From positions 83,638,001 to 83,702,000 of the forward strand of contig NC_043002.1 of NCBI RefSeq assembly GCF_006345805.1: 64,000 nucleotides of DNA, written 5' to 3'. This stretch comes from Octopus sinensis. Lineage: Eukaryota. Below, piece by piece: positions 1 through 12,957 of the stretch; position 1 is the first letter of the stretch; every line of letters starts with the position of its first letter. The notes beneath the pieces were generated by a model. The model saw only the letters and a list, made by a program, of their open reading frames with translations, did no database searches and had not been told where the DNA came from. The position numbers and the translations under genes were made by a program.

Positions 1-388
1 CACGCTCACACCTGCACCTGTGGGGAAGGGAGTGTAAGGAAATCAACGTCATAATGCGTTGTCAAGGAGACCAGCGTTCTTTTAGAACAACGACTTCATG
101 GCTTGAAGACACCAAAACAGAAATGGCTAAGAAAGCGTCTACATGAGTCTACATTTAAAAAAAAAATTACCATCGTTTTTTTTCCATTTTAATGCATTTT
201 TTCGCTATTATATGAGGGAAGTAACTCTCTAAAAATGTCTACGATGAGTCAACGATTTTTAAAAAAATTTACCATCATATTATTTCCATTTTTAATGCAT
301 TTTTGGCTATTTTTTGGCTATAACTCTCTAAAAATGCTTATATAGTTATTTCCCTTACAAACCCGAGCAACGCCGGGCGATACTGCTA

Positions 389-389
<1 letters not shown>
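1..389 (+). mobile_element. 3' portion of a non-autonomous Helitron
   Basis: Ends in the GC hairpin cccgagcaacgccggg, then CTAG (386-389) followed by T, the typical Helitron 3' terminus. An internal ~95-bp duplication is present. Confidence 0.7.
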
Positions 390-457
<68 letters not shown>

Positions 458-1072
458 ATATACATACATACATACATACATACATACAGAAGTGGGCACC
501 ATTAATCGAAAAGTTAACTTCGTTAATCGTTAATTCATTAATTCTTTTAAAATGTAACGGAAGTTAGCGTTAATCTGTCAACGTTAACTTTTATTGAAAA
601 AAGGCACATCTACAGTTTAATACCCCATCGAATTTGTTGCCTCATAACTTCCAGAGAAATGGATACTTTTTAACAAAACTTTCACTAAACAATCGCTTAT
701 ATTCTGTAGATTGAGTTAAGACTTTTGGAAAAAGATTTTCTGAGGGGTTGGGGAGAGGAGTTTCGGAAAATTCAGAAGACCCGACATTTTCCCCCCTCAC
801 AACTTTCTGGAAAATAGGTATTTTTTAATGAATTTTTATACAAATACCTTTCAAACGGTGTAGATTACGATTAAAAAGAAATTTGTAGGCAAAATTTTGG
901 GAAGGGGGCAGGGGTCTGGAAAACGGAGTCTCAGTTCAGACGGCTCACATAATTTGTAATTTCTCTGTTTTGAATTTTTTTTCACTTCCGCTACCCCCTC
1001 ACCATCCCAGTCGGGATCGATTTTGGCCATTTTTTTCACTACGCACTTAAGAAATATCTTTGGTTTAAAAAA

Positions 1073-1360
1073 GTCTCTATATATATAAACGGCAAAATAT
1101 GTGTGTGTGTGTGTGTGTGTGTGCATATCCTTTATACAAATCCACAATTTTTCAGTTAGAGGGCTCGCACTTTCTATGGTCATATAAAACCGTCCAAGGG
1201 TGGTTGTGAAGATCTTTTCATTTCCCCAGTTACCCCTGAAAGCCATTTAAAAAAATCGTTAAACCGACCCCTTATGTTTCAGGTAACAAAAGTCTTTAAT
1301 ACAAGGGACGTAATTCCAGGGAAATAACTCTTTAAAACTCTGCATTTCCCTCCCTTTGTT
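1073..1360 (+). mobile_element. Helitron-like 5' fragment with internal (TG)n
   Basis: Starts TCtctatatatataaacggcaaaat, nearly the same as the start of the complete element at 1474. The 3' end is not found. Confidence 0.5.
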
Positions 1361-1473
1361 ATGTATCACACCTCAATACTGTACCAGACCAATTTATCCA
1401 ATTTAGGACCGGAACTGTCCCGGATTTCTGGATATTCCAGTTTCCCAGAGAATTTCTAAACGTTTGCTTAAAA

Positions 1474-1772
1474 TCTCTATATCTATAAATGGCAAAATGT
1501 CTGTTTTTTGATTGGACGGAGATAATTTTACACCTGACAGTTGGATGCGCGTGCGCATTTGCAGACAGTCTGTATGACTGCACATTTTTGTGTTTTGCGA
1601 AGACGCGTTATCATGTGTTTTGGCTTTCAAACGTGCAAGCTTTTTTGATTTGAGAAATGCAGGGAATAATTAACGAGTTTGACCAAGTGATTGACAAGAG
1701 AGAGGGATTTTCATGAAAGACCAAATATGTTTGACTAGCACTAGACACGACAACGCCGGGTCATAATGCTAG
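1474..1772 (+). mobile_element. Short complete non-autonomous Helitron
   Basis: 5' TC (1474), 3' degenerate hairpin acacgacaacgccgggt plus CTAG (1769-1772). Inserted between A1473 and T1773 with no TSD. Confidence 0.7.
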
Positions 1773-1973
1773 TTGTTAATAATTTCAAAGAAAAATGTGT
1801 GATTTAAGGGAAATCTGGCTGTTTTTTCTAGCTCATACCAAAACCGCCCTCCTCGTTTCTTTCTCACTCACATATCTTTTGATATTTTTCAATATTTTTC
1901 TCCCTATAAACAAATTTTATGGAATGATGATGTCAAAATAACACACGTGTAGTCCTAATCGAGTGAGGCCGTG

Positions 1974-2017
<44 letters not shown>

Positions 2018-2362
2018 GTTTAAGAAAAAAAACACCTAAAAACATCTTTAATGTTCATATTAATCTGCCAAATGTAATGCTTATTTGTTCACGTTATTTT
2101 GAATTATTCAGGTTCAAGGGGCGTGTTCGCAATATTTGCTTGTAACTTCGTAAATTGTTTTACATACAGATCAGAAATTTTGTCAGTGGGTGATTTATAT
2201 ACCACTGGTTTATAGTTATGTAATTTTACCTGATCTTGCTGAGTAAATTTGACTTTTATGGGCAGATAAATTTAATTAACAGGGGTAAAAGCAATAACAT
2301 CATGGATAAACACACACACACACATATATATACATACATACATACATACATACATACATACA

Positions 2363-2424
<62 letters not shown>

Positions 2425-2428
<4 letters not shown>

Positions 2429-2639
2429 GAGTGCTGAAATGTTCCTTATTTTGGATAAAATATCGGAGGATCAGTTAATTATGATTTTATTCAACATATT
2501 CCCCTTTCAGATTCACACACTTATTGCAGTGGTCATTCAGTTTTTTAAACCCTGTAAAAAAAAAAACTCGTAATGTTAGGACTCCAACCAGGCCTTTCGC
2601 GTTACCCTTGAAACCAAGGACTTTTCAGCAGCCTCTTCG
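2425..2639. mobile_element. Tc1/mariner MITE
   Basis: Imperfect TIRs tgaggagtgctgaaatgttcc / ggacttttcagcagcctcttcg with TA on both sides. Confidence 0.6.
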
Positions 2640-3076
2640 TATATATTGCACGCATAATACGCATATAATTCAAAAACACCCTGCAACCGACGATAATCAA
2701 GAAAATAGAAATAGGTTTTAAAAATTCTACGAAACTAAAAGATCCAGTGGTCCTCGGCTCACTGGTTGGGAATGCCTACTGAACTATTTTGTAACTTCTC
2801 TTTAAATTGTGACTTGAAATCTGACAGAGATCAATCTTACCTTTCATCCTTCCAGGTCGATAGAATAACTATCTGACTAGTCAAATACCAGTGAGCAATA
2901 TAATCAACTTTGTCCTTGAATGCAGTGCCCCTGCTTGGTCACAGTATAACGGCTGAAACCGGTGAGAGACGGATAGAGTTTATTGTATAACATTTATTCC
3001 ATGGTTTACAATTGTTTCAACAACGTAAGGTGATGAATCACAGATCATGTCTATGGACGGACACACACACACACAC

Positions 3077-3142
<66 letters not shown>

Positions 3143-3808
3143 TTATCTATATGAACAGTTCGGAATTTAGTATATTTTTAAGCACAGTATAAGTCGAATA
3201 AAGATGTCAACAAGATTGTTTACAAGAATTGAACTATGTATCAATTATGTCATTCAATTACGTTAACCATCACTCTAAAACGTCCGACGTTTCCTCCCAC
3301 AAAATTTAACACAAATAACCAGCGACTGTTATTTAACCTCCATGTATATCATACAAAACGTTTTGATTGTTTTCAAGGGTGTTTAGCCTCCGGCAGGGTC
3401 GTCGTCCTGTTGGTAACACGCCCTAGTCTAACACTAGGTACCACCGTGCTAAATGAAACAATTCCAGCGTATAAATATAATATATTTATATCAAGTTTTG
3501 ACCCAAGGCCAGATTAATGTAATACATGATGCATTATAAAGAATTAAAACTTAATCACGTACGTGATTTTATATTTGTGTGAGTATATGCATACATACGT
3601 ACATACATACGTACATACATACATACGTACATACATACATATATATAATGTATTATAGTGTAATAATATAATAAATGTTTCTAACTTAGCCTCAAGGCTT
3701 AAATTTTATGAGAAGATTAGTCGATTAAATCTACCCCAGCTTTATTTTATCGAATCCGGAGGGACGAATGGTAAAGTTAAGCACGGCAGAATTTGAACTC
3801 AGAACGTA

Positions 3809-3868
<60 letters not shown>

Positions 3869-3882
3869 CATACATATATATA

Positions 3883-4075
3883 TGGTTGGCGATTTTTTTC
3901 CTCTGTCTTCCCTTCTCTGGATCTTTCCTTCTCCTATGTTTCCGACGAAGAGCTCCGCTCGAAACGTTAAACCCTCCTTCTTCCCTTCCTTCCTGAGCGT
4001 CCAATAATACTATATTTGTTCCACGTCCTCGCGTTGTTGTGTTTTCTCTTTTTGTTTTCATGTTTGGAGTAACTT
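3883..4075 (+). mobile_element. Short hammerhead-bearing repeat (Penelope-like pLTR-type), embedded in (TA)n
   Basis: Contains the hammerhead motif at 3938-3972. A degraded homolog lies at 21480-21615. Confidence 0.55.
3938..3972 (+). ncRNA. Minimal type I hammerhead ribozyme motif (U4C variant)
   Basis: GTTT-CCGACGA-A-GAGC-tcc-GCTC-GAAA-CG-T-T-AAAC. Stem I GTTT/AAAC, stem II GAGC/GCTC, palindromic stem III. Confidence 0.65.
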
Positions 4076-4800
4076 TATATATATATATATGAAAACGCGC
4101 GCGTTTACAAACACACACGCATATGTGTATGTGTGAAGGCTTTACTAATTTCTGACACAAAGAATCTCCTATTTTCTTCCACAAAATATAAAATAATATT
4201 TTATACAATAGCATGTACGAGGCTCCTGATGAATTTTTAAAAATCATTGTGTCGCCATAAAAGAAGACTTGAATGTTAACGCAAACCTGGCTCGACCAGT
4301 CAAATCGGTTGGTGTGTAAACCAAATGAACAGAAATCTTCCCGCAAATACTCTTGTCAGTCAAAACTTCCCGAAAAACTCCGTTGAGTTATTAAAAAAAA
4401 GCTAGCAAATTGAACCCCAGACAGAGCCATCTAGCAGTTCTCAGTAAGCCACGACACTCTGTTCCGTGAGATGCTCTATAACCTCTTCAACTTTGTTTAC
4501 TTAACATGCTTGTGCTGTGTTCGACAAGAAGTACTGACCTTGTATTGTAATGCTGAATCATGCACACATTATCTACATTCATAGTTCTCACACTTTCTGT
4601 CTTCAATAACTATGAACTACTTTCGTATCAAGCAAATTGTTTGCAGAAGACTTTCAACTTTTCTATCTGTTATCGCATGGAATCTGTTCTATTAGATCAA
4701 ATATTCGTATGCATGTAAATGCAACCGTTCTGGATTAGTAAAAAGATATATAAAAACTCAAATAAATATTCGTATGGTCATTCTTGCCTTCACATGCAGT

Positions 4801-5214
4801 GGATCTTTTCGGTTCGAACGGCAGTTTTTAACATAATTTCTAGGTAACTAAAAAATTTTAAACTTCGTATACTGGTAGAATGTGTTTATAAAACATCTTT
4901 TTCTCTTGGCTTTATTGAGAAAATTCTATAGTTTGTAAGATATTTGTTGCTTTTTCTTCAATTTCTGCAATTTCAACCAATCACTGACGTCCATTGAGGT
5001 AAAAACCATTCTGTGCCGTATGAATATGTCCCTCGTTTAAGAAACAGATTGGGTTTATTTACATTTGTGAAGAAAAAAAGGTACCTTTCCCCCACCCCTA
5101 ACCCTAACCCTAAAACAGATTGAAATGCAATAGATCGATACTAGGGTCATAATTATGGGTGACAATTTAATATGACACCGCTAGAAAAAACTGCCGTTCA
5201 AACCGAAAAGATCC
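4801..5214. mobile_element. GG-terminal MITE, copy 1 (Merlin-like)
   Basis: ~28-bp TIR ggatcttttcggttcgaacggcagtttt / aaaactgccgttcaaaccgaaaagatcc. Degenerate 8-bp TSD catgcagt/catgaagc. Internal CCCTAA repeats. Confidence 0.8.
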
Positions 5215-6469
5215 CATGAAGCTTACCTGATATTGTGTACAACCAACGACGAAATAATGACTAAGATCCACTAAATGTAAAACGATATTTCGGAAGAAAT
5301 TATTAGAACAGAGATTATCTCGCAAGATACCACCATGTTGACAATAAAACTGCCAACGACAAAATAATCAAAATAACTAGATATTGTCAAAACTGTTTAT
5401 TTTGATTTGCAACATTGAGTCAAATACGTACATTGTAAAGGAAAGAACACTTGCTAAAACACTCCGATAGTACATAACTGGTTTATTTATTTTACTGAGG
5501 CATGAAAACAAGGCTGACGCCAGGGAGATTTGAATACGTCACATAGTGAACCGTAACTAAATAATGATAGATAACTCCTCTGCTGGTTCTAAGAATACTT
5601 GTTATAACGATGGATGTTAGAATATTTTGTGTACTGGACAAGATACTCTGGAATGTTTAGCTTAATACCACTACTTGTTTCTAGGGGTGTTTTCAGTGGG
5701 ATTCATTGCAATCCAGTCTTCCCTCACCCCGCTAGCATTCTCTGGTTGCTTAAGTGCTTTGTCCTTGCTCCTGTAGCTAGGCCATTAAAAAAACTGAAAA
5801 TGTTACACCCGTTCCTGCTTTGATTTCAAATCTTGAGGGAATCGGCTTTGAATTTCATCCAGAGGTTGATAAAAAAAATAATAAAAGTATCCTGAGTCTG
5901 TTTTGATCGACTGATTTCTCTCTGACATTGTGTGAACTTGTACCATTGTTGATTGTTATTCTTAGTCGTTTGAGTGGTCGCAAAATGAGTCTCTTGATGT
6001 GATGGTCAGCTAAGCTAAATGTAATATTATAAGTCTACCAATAACACTGATCATTTGCACTCTGTTCATAGAGTGCTGTTGTGGTTTAAGCCTAGGTCGA
6101 TCCTATCCCAGCAAACTTATGACCAAAGGTATTCTAGCCCTCTCTATTTCGTCTTTTTATGTGGTTATCCGAGACTATACTGCCCAGTGTATCTTTCTTT
6201 ATTCGAAAGGATAAGATGTCATTTGAGGTAAGTCGTGATGCTATTTCAAACAGGTCAAGCGACTACATAGAGACTCCTCTCACGGTCACCATTGTGTTTT
6301 AGCTAAAAGGAAAATTAAGAAATTAGTACCAAGACGCTTCGTAGGATTATGGGTTACCATTGATAGGATTTCGTATCCAGTCAAACGACTATATCAAAAG
6401 ACTAAGATGCATCTTGTTACTTAGAGCGTTTGTCTATGTTGCTTGATTTTCCAAGTTGGATCCTGTATG

Positions 6470-6660
6470 TCATGTTCTCTTGTCTAAGTATCCAGCTTGG
6501 GTGACGGCTCATGTTGGTTGATCACATATTACATGGTCACGGCACATGAGTATTTCGCAGAGATGGGAACTGAGTGGGACACTACTAGGAAGGTTGCTCG
6601 GGACGACCCGTGTAAATACCGACAAATGGCGGATGCAGTGACGCGCTGCAACCTGACCTG
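6470..6660 (+). mobile_element. Decayed 3' end of an RTE-type LINE
   Basis: The translation EYFAEMGTEWDTTRKVARDDPCKYRQMADAVTRC resembles RTE C-termini and ends in the short tandem tail acctgacctg. Confidence 0.4.
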
Positions 6661-7316
6661 GTATCTCCGGAGAAATATGGCAAAAGCTTGTTTCTGAATT
6701 TTACAATTTCCATCTATTAGCAGCAAAGATGTATCGGCGCGAGGCCTTTGGGTTAAGGATGTTCGGCTCGTGCTCATAAAGTCATGAATTCATTTCCTGG
6801 ACCAAATAGCACGTTGTTTCCTTGAGCAAGACACTTCATTTTACTTTGCTCTCGTCAACTCAAAAGGAATACCTGCCAACTGCTGGGGTAGCCTTTCTTC
6901 CAGCTGTCACGTCCTCCATGTTCCATTGTGCCGTTGTGTCCAGGGTAATAGGGGTGGTGGAAGACAACCATAAGCATAAAGACAAACATCCACATATGTA
7001 TACAACGGGTTTCCACACAGTTTCTATCAACCAAATTTACTCACAAGGCTTTGATCGGCCCGATATTATAGCAGAAGACTCCAGGTGTACTGAACCCGAA
7101 ACCATGTGGTTAAGAAGCAAACTTCTTAACACACGGCCACACCTGCTGCACCTGTTTTGTCGTAGGCAGTTTTATTGTCAACATGGGCGTATCTTACGAA
7201 TTAATCTCTTTTCTAATGATTTCTTCTGAAACATTGTCCTACTTTAAACGGATCTTAGACATTAATTCGTCGTTTATTTCAAAAAATAAATTACTCATAT
7301 AGGGTAAAGGATACAA

Positions 7317-7635
7317 ACCTCCTTCGGTCATGAATGGCCATGGGATTGCCCCTAGAAAGTTACCCTCCGAGGCACAAATCCGCGTAAGGTTGTTTATGGA
7401 AGACCAACAATCACCCATGCATACCAGCCTCCCCTCTCCACCGATGTCATCCAAGGGAAAGGCTGATACAGCTTGGCAGTGATGCTGCTACTCATTTCTA
7501 CAGCTGTGTGAATTGGAGCAACATAAAATAATGTGTCTTGCTCAAGAACACAATACATAGCGCAGTCCGGGAATCGAACTCACAACTTCATGACTGTGAG
7601 TCCGACGCTCTAACTACTGAGCCATGCGCCTTCAC
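7317..7635 (-). mobile_element. tRNA-derived SINE family C (CORE-like centre)
   Basis: Head gtgaaggcgcatggctcagtagttagagcgtcgg with A box and B box (gttcgattccc), then tgtgttcttgagcaagacac. Homologs at 26618-26955, 62416-62734 and 20628-20820. Confidence 0.8.
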
Positions 7636-8196
7636 GAAGGCGTTTGTTGTATACATACAATATCATGTATTCTGTACAGTCATCAATACTTCGGACTACC
7701 TGTGCAAGAATGACATGCAAATTCGTGAAGCGTTTCACATCTTTTAAATAGGCCCAGGCATAGCTGTGTGATGAGAAGTTTGCATCTCAACCACATGGGT
7801 CCGGGCTCAGTCCTACCGCGTATCACCACGGATTAGTGTCTTCTAAAAAAGTGAAGATGTAAACTTACCGAATCTCATCTTACTCATTTTGCCCCAATTA
7901 AATTTATTTTTTATAGCTCAAAGAATACGGGGACAGTTTTTTGAAATAGTGTTCAGATTATGCCATAGTGTTTTTAATGCGTTTGGAGAAGGTCATATGC
8001 TTAGCAAAACGTTATATTTTTTATATTATCATATACCATATTTATTCATGTAATGACTATAAATCCAAGAAATTTTATTTATCATAATTTAATTACGAAG
8101 ATACAAAGAAAGAGAAGAAGAAAGAAGGTGGAGGTAAGCAGCAGAAGATGGAAGAGAGGGAGCAACGGGCTGCACATCCCAGAATAAACGGCGTGT

Positions 8197-8500
8197 TCAG
8201 CCGCGCCCTGTGGTCATGAGCGCAATAGCGTTGCCGTGGAGAATGGCCAGCGACACTCGCTGCAGCAGCCACTCCACTTCGCGGTGCTCATTTCTCAGAC
8301 GGCCCACCGTTATCCCGATTTTGCAGAAGATAACGGTAGTGCGGGGCCCCAAAACACCTGGGATCCCAGTTGTGACCGGCAGAAACAGCTCTCTCTTCTG
8401 CGTTACGGGTGGTGACACCTGGGTTTGCAGTCGATGCAGCACGATTGGAACCAGAGTAGGGTGCTGCTACATTGGTCTTGATCGCAATTTCCGACTATAA
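8197..8500 (-). pseudogene. C-terminal fragment of a CRE-clade (RLE) non-LTR retrotransposon
   Basis: GC-rich island translating FLPVTTGIPGVLGPRT...REVEWLLQRVSLAILHGNAIAL, matching the QRxSxAIxRGNA C-terminal motif of CRE-like elements. Confidence 0.6.
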
Positions 8501-9424
8501 ATGCTCAGGTGTTCTACCAACAAAAACAACCACTGTCATCGAATTAGCGAATTACGCAGACACGTATGCCCACAATGTGGTTTTTAGGCCAAACCTGCAT
8601 GACACAGCGTGACAAGACTTGTTCCTTGAATCACATGTATAACTATCCAACAGGCTTCTCTTCCACACCGTTGCCGTCTGTTTAATTGTTCTCACATAGT
8701 ATAAGCCAACCAGAAGTTAATAAATAACACTTACGCAAGAAGGCACACAGCAGAATTGAAACTAGGGCCTCATGTTTTGTGGAGCGAGCTTCTTAACCAT
8801 TCGGCCATATTATTTAGAAGTATTTGTGTATGATGCGAAAAAATCGACTCAAAACCTCATGGACAAAATTGAGAGGCGGGTAGCATTATATTCGAGTGTG
8901 AGAAAAAATAGATTGGATAAAATATACTTCTGATTTTTAGCTACAAAAATAGGGATCACTTTATATTTGAGATTTCATTGCATTATACTCGAGTAAATAC
9001 GGCAACTAGAAACGAATTCAAATTATATGAAACATTTCTGTTAACCAAGGTTCACAACCCCGAAGCTTCCGGCTCGATCTCAGCGTGCGGCGCCTTGGAT
9101 TAGTGTCTTCGACCATTGCCGTAGATCTACTGCAAAAATCAGGAGTCTTATAATTGGAATTTGATCGACAAAAACTACGTAAAGAATAAAATATGTGCGT
9201 CGGACAAAAATATATTCTAGTTGTGTATCTTTACACCTAAAGCAGCTTGGTATTTCATCTCTTTCTTGCAGGATGCGTGATACCACCGACTAGATCTCCA
9301 TGAAGGTGGTGCTCCTGCATGGCTGTTGACTGAAAGCAGTAAAGGAAACAAAAAGGAATCCAGTGGACTAGTAAAACAGAGGTAAACATACTAGGGATTT
9401 TCTATTTAGAAAAACGGAAAGTGG

Positions 9425-10300
9425 ATCAGTGCAGCAGTGGATCATGGACTGGCAACTCAAGCTGGCTGTGGACAAATGTACCACCATGCATTTTGGGAGG
9501 AGAAACCCAGCGTCCACCTACTCCCTCCACAACACTGATCTCAAAAAGTCTTCATGTGAACGTGACCTGGGTGTTATTGTCGACAGTGATTTGCGTTGGA
9601 CAAAACACATCGCTAAAATTGTCAAGAAGGCTGAGGGTGTCTTGGCATCACTCACCAAATCCTTTGTGAGCCGCTCTCCGGCTATCTATCTGCGGCTTTA
9701 TATAGCTATGGTAAGACCTCACCTGGAATTTGCATCACCGGTCTGGAATCCCTATCTTGCCCAGGATATCAATCTTCTGGAAGCTGTTCAGCGACGCGCA
9801 ACCAAAGAATACCCTCCATCAGGCATTTGCCATATCCTGAACGCCTTACTTCCCTGGGCATGGACACATTGAAACTCCGACGTCTGGCAGCTGACTTGGC
9901 AGACACCCATAAAATTATCAACCATCGTACAAACAATAACTCTGAGCACCTTTTCAAACTCCACCCATCTAACACCCGTGGACATATTTACAAAGTAAGA
10001 AAACAGCACAGCTCCCATGACTTCAGGAAACATTTCTTCACGCTGAGAGTTGCTGAAACATGGAACAAACTGCCGGCATCAGTTGTTAGTTGTCGGAGTA
10101 CTGCATCCTTCAAAACTTCCATGCTTCCTGAGATTCGCCAACACTACACTTGATTTTCTCCCTTCCATACACACGCAAGCATGTATCTGACTCATACATT
10201 GTTCGCTTTCCAGACATTTCTACATTACTGCATGTACTTTATATGCACTTTCTGACAAGTTGTGGTGCACCTGAGCACTGTATACAATAATTTCATTATA
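9425..10300 (+). mobile_element. 5'-truncated CR1-clade LINE (C-terminal RT region and 3' UTR)
   Basis: ORFs 9429-9808 and 9808-10153 give W..WQL.L...KC..MHFG, ERDLGVIVD, VRPHLEFASPVWNP, LEAVQRRATK, YPERL..LG..TL..RR, RGH, FF..RV...WN.LP. One frameshift in an A-run at ~9805. The 3' UTR ends in an ATT/ATAT tail. Confidence 0.93.
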
Positions 10301-10373
10301 TTATATTATATATTATATATTATATATTAATAGACTGCCATGGTGCATAAATGCACAACGATATATGATATGA

Positions 10374-10423
<50 letters not shown>

Positions 10424-10459
10424 ATACACCCATATATATATATGTATGTATATATATAT

Positions 10460-10506
<47 letters not shown>

Positions 10507-10909
10507 CATATATATATATATGGGTGTATATATATATATATACACCCATGAACTCAGCTAGCTTTGTTGAACAGGCGACCTATACTAGAGAAATAAAGAA
10601 AGAAAATGAAGAAGGAAGCAAAGATGACTAGTCACATGCTAATGGCTGACTTCTCATTGTTATTGCATGGGAAACAGCTAAAATATTAAAACATACACTG
10701 AATGTAGCAGATTCACTAACACATTCAAACACACACAGATATGACATATTTCCGTTTACCAAATTCCTTCATAAGGCATTGATTGGCGCCTGGGCTATTG
10801 TCGAGGACAATTCCTCAAGGAGCCGCGTGGTGGAACTGAACCTGAAACCATATCCCTTCGAAGTAAACTTTTTAACTAAGCTGCCATATATATATATATA
10901 TATATATAT

Positions 10910-10967
<58 letters not shown>

Positions 10968-11039
10968 CATATATATATATATATATATACATATATATAC
11001 ATATATATAATATATATATATATATAAATATATACATAC

Positions 11040-11071
<32 letters not shown>

Positions 11072-11123
11072 ATATACATATACATATTATAAATATACAT
11101 ACATATATATATATATATATATA

Positions 11124-11170
<47 letters not shown>

Positions 11171-11247
11171 TATATAATATATATATATATATAATATTTT
11201 AATCCTCGGATTTTCTACCCTTATTCAATTTTATTTATATATAAACG

Positions 11248-11554
11248 ATAAACGTCGCCCTTTCCAAGCCTAGCCAAGCTCAAGGGCCCGGTTTCCCGGT
11301 TTCTGTGGCGTATGTATTCCCCAGCTGGACGGGACGCCTGTCCATCACAGCGTTACTCAAGTAACAGGAAGACAGAGTGAGAGAAAGTTGTGGCGAAAGA
11401 GTACAACAGAGGTCGCCACCACCCCCTGCCGGAGCCTCGTGGAGCTTTTCGGTGTTTTCGCTCAATAAATACACAACGCCCGGTCTGGGAATCAAAACCG
11501 CGATCCTCCAACCGCGAGTTCGCTGCCCTAACTACTGGGCCATTGCGCATCCAC
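11248..11554 (-). mobile_element. tRNA(Arg-like)-derived SINE family D, tail type 1
   Basis: Head gtggatgcgcaatggcccagtagttagggcagcg...tttgattcccagaccgggcg. The same head occurs at 21137, 48907 and 55046. Confidence 0.8.
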
Positions 11555-11581
11555 ACACACACACACACGCACATACACACA

Positions 11582-12221
11582 CCAAAAATATGTATACACA
11601 CTTCAGGAAAGGAAAAATTTGGGATCTTTTCGGTTTGAACGGCAGTTTTTATTAAATAATTTCCACGTAACTAAACACTTTTAAACTTCGTATACTGGTA
11701 GAATGTGTTTATAAAACATCTTTTTCTCTTGGCTTTATTGAGAAAATTCTATAGTTTGTAAGATATTTGTTGTTGTTTTTTTTCTTCAATTTCTGCAATT
11801 TCAGCCAATCAATGACGTCTATTGAGGTGAAAACATTCTGTGCCGTATGAATATGTCCCTCGTTTAAGAAACAGATTGGGTTTATTTACATTTGTGAAGA
11901 AAAAAAGATATCCTTCCCCCACCCCTTCCCCCCACCTCTAACCCTAAAACAGATTGAAATGCAATAGATCGATACTAGGGTCATAATTATGGGTGACAAT
12001 TTCATATGACACTGCTAGAAAAAACTGCCGTTCAAACCGAAAAGATCCAAAATTTGTATGAATATTTAACTTGTATAAATACCTCTATAAATATAAAAAC
12101 CGCTTTCGATGTTTTATCAAAATACGATAACACAGAGTGCATTGCAATAACATTAAATTAAAATATTTATACAGATTTTTCCCTTCCTGAAGTGTGTATA
12201 CATTTTTTTGGGCGGACTCTG
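11582..12221. mobile_element. Tc1/mariner MITE interrupted by a GG-terminal MITE
   Basis: TIR ccaaaaatatgtatacacacttcaggaaaggaaaaa versus tttttcccttcctgaagtgtgtatacatttttttgg...ctgTA. The left end is clipped. Confidence 0.65.
11622..12048. mobile_element. GG-terminal MITE, copy 2, perfect 8-bp TSD
   Basis: Same TIR as 4801-5214. TSD aaaatttg at 11614-11621 and 12049-12056. Confidence 0.88.
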
Positions 12222-12274
12222 TATAATATATATATAGATATATATAATATATATATAATATATATTATATATAT

Positions 12275-12478
12275 TTACTACCCACAAGGGGGACAAACAA
12301 GGACAGACAAACAGATTAAGTCGATTACATCGACCCCAGTGCGTAACTGGTACTTAATTTATCGACCCCGAAAGGATGAAAGGCAAAGTCGACCTCGACA
12401 GAATTGAACCCAGAACGTAACGACGAAATACAGCTACGTATAGCCCGGCGTGCTAACGTTTCTGCTAGCTCGTCGCCT
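12275..12478 (-). mobile_element. SINE family B, tailed subfamily B1
   Basis: Homologous to 50581-50811, including the ttgtctgtccttgtttgtcc...gtgggtagtaaa tail. Confidence 0.75.
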
Positions 12479-12545
12479 GATATACATACATACATACATA
12501 CATACATACATACATACATACATACATACATACATACATACATAC

Positions 12546-12578
<33 letters not shown>

Positions 12579-12610
12579 TCCAAATTAATTAATTTCACCC
12601 TTTATTGTTA

Positions 12611-12677
<67 letters not shown>

Positions 12678-12688
12678 ATATCTATATA

Positions 12689-12720
<32 letters not shown>

Positions 12721-12789
12721 GTATATATATATATATATATAATATATATTATATATATATATAGATAGATAGATAGATATATACATAAA

Positions 12790-12829
<40 letters not shown>

Positions 12830-12914
12830 TATATATATATATGAATATATATATATATGTGTATGTATATATATATGTGTGTATGTGTGTGTGTATATAT
12901 ATGTATATACCCAC

Positions 12915-12957
<43 letters not shown>

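Noticed and set aside
5095-5113. Telomere or chromosome-fusion relic
   Set aside because: Only ~3 CCCTAA units, at a fixed position inside a MITE.
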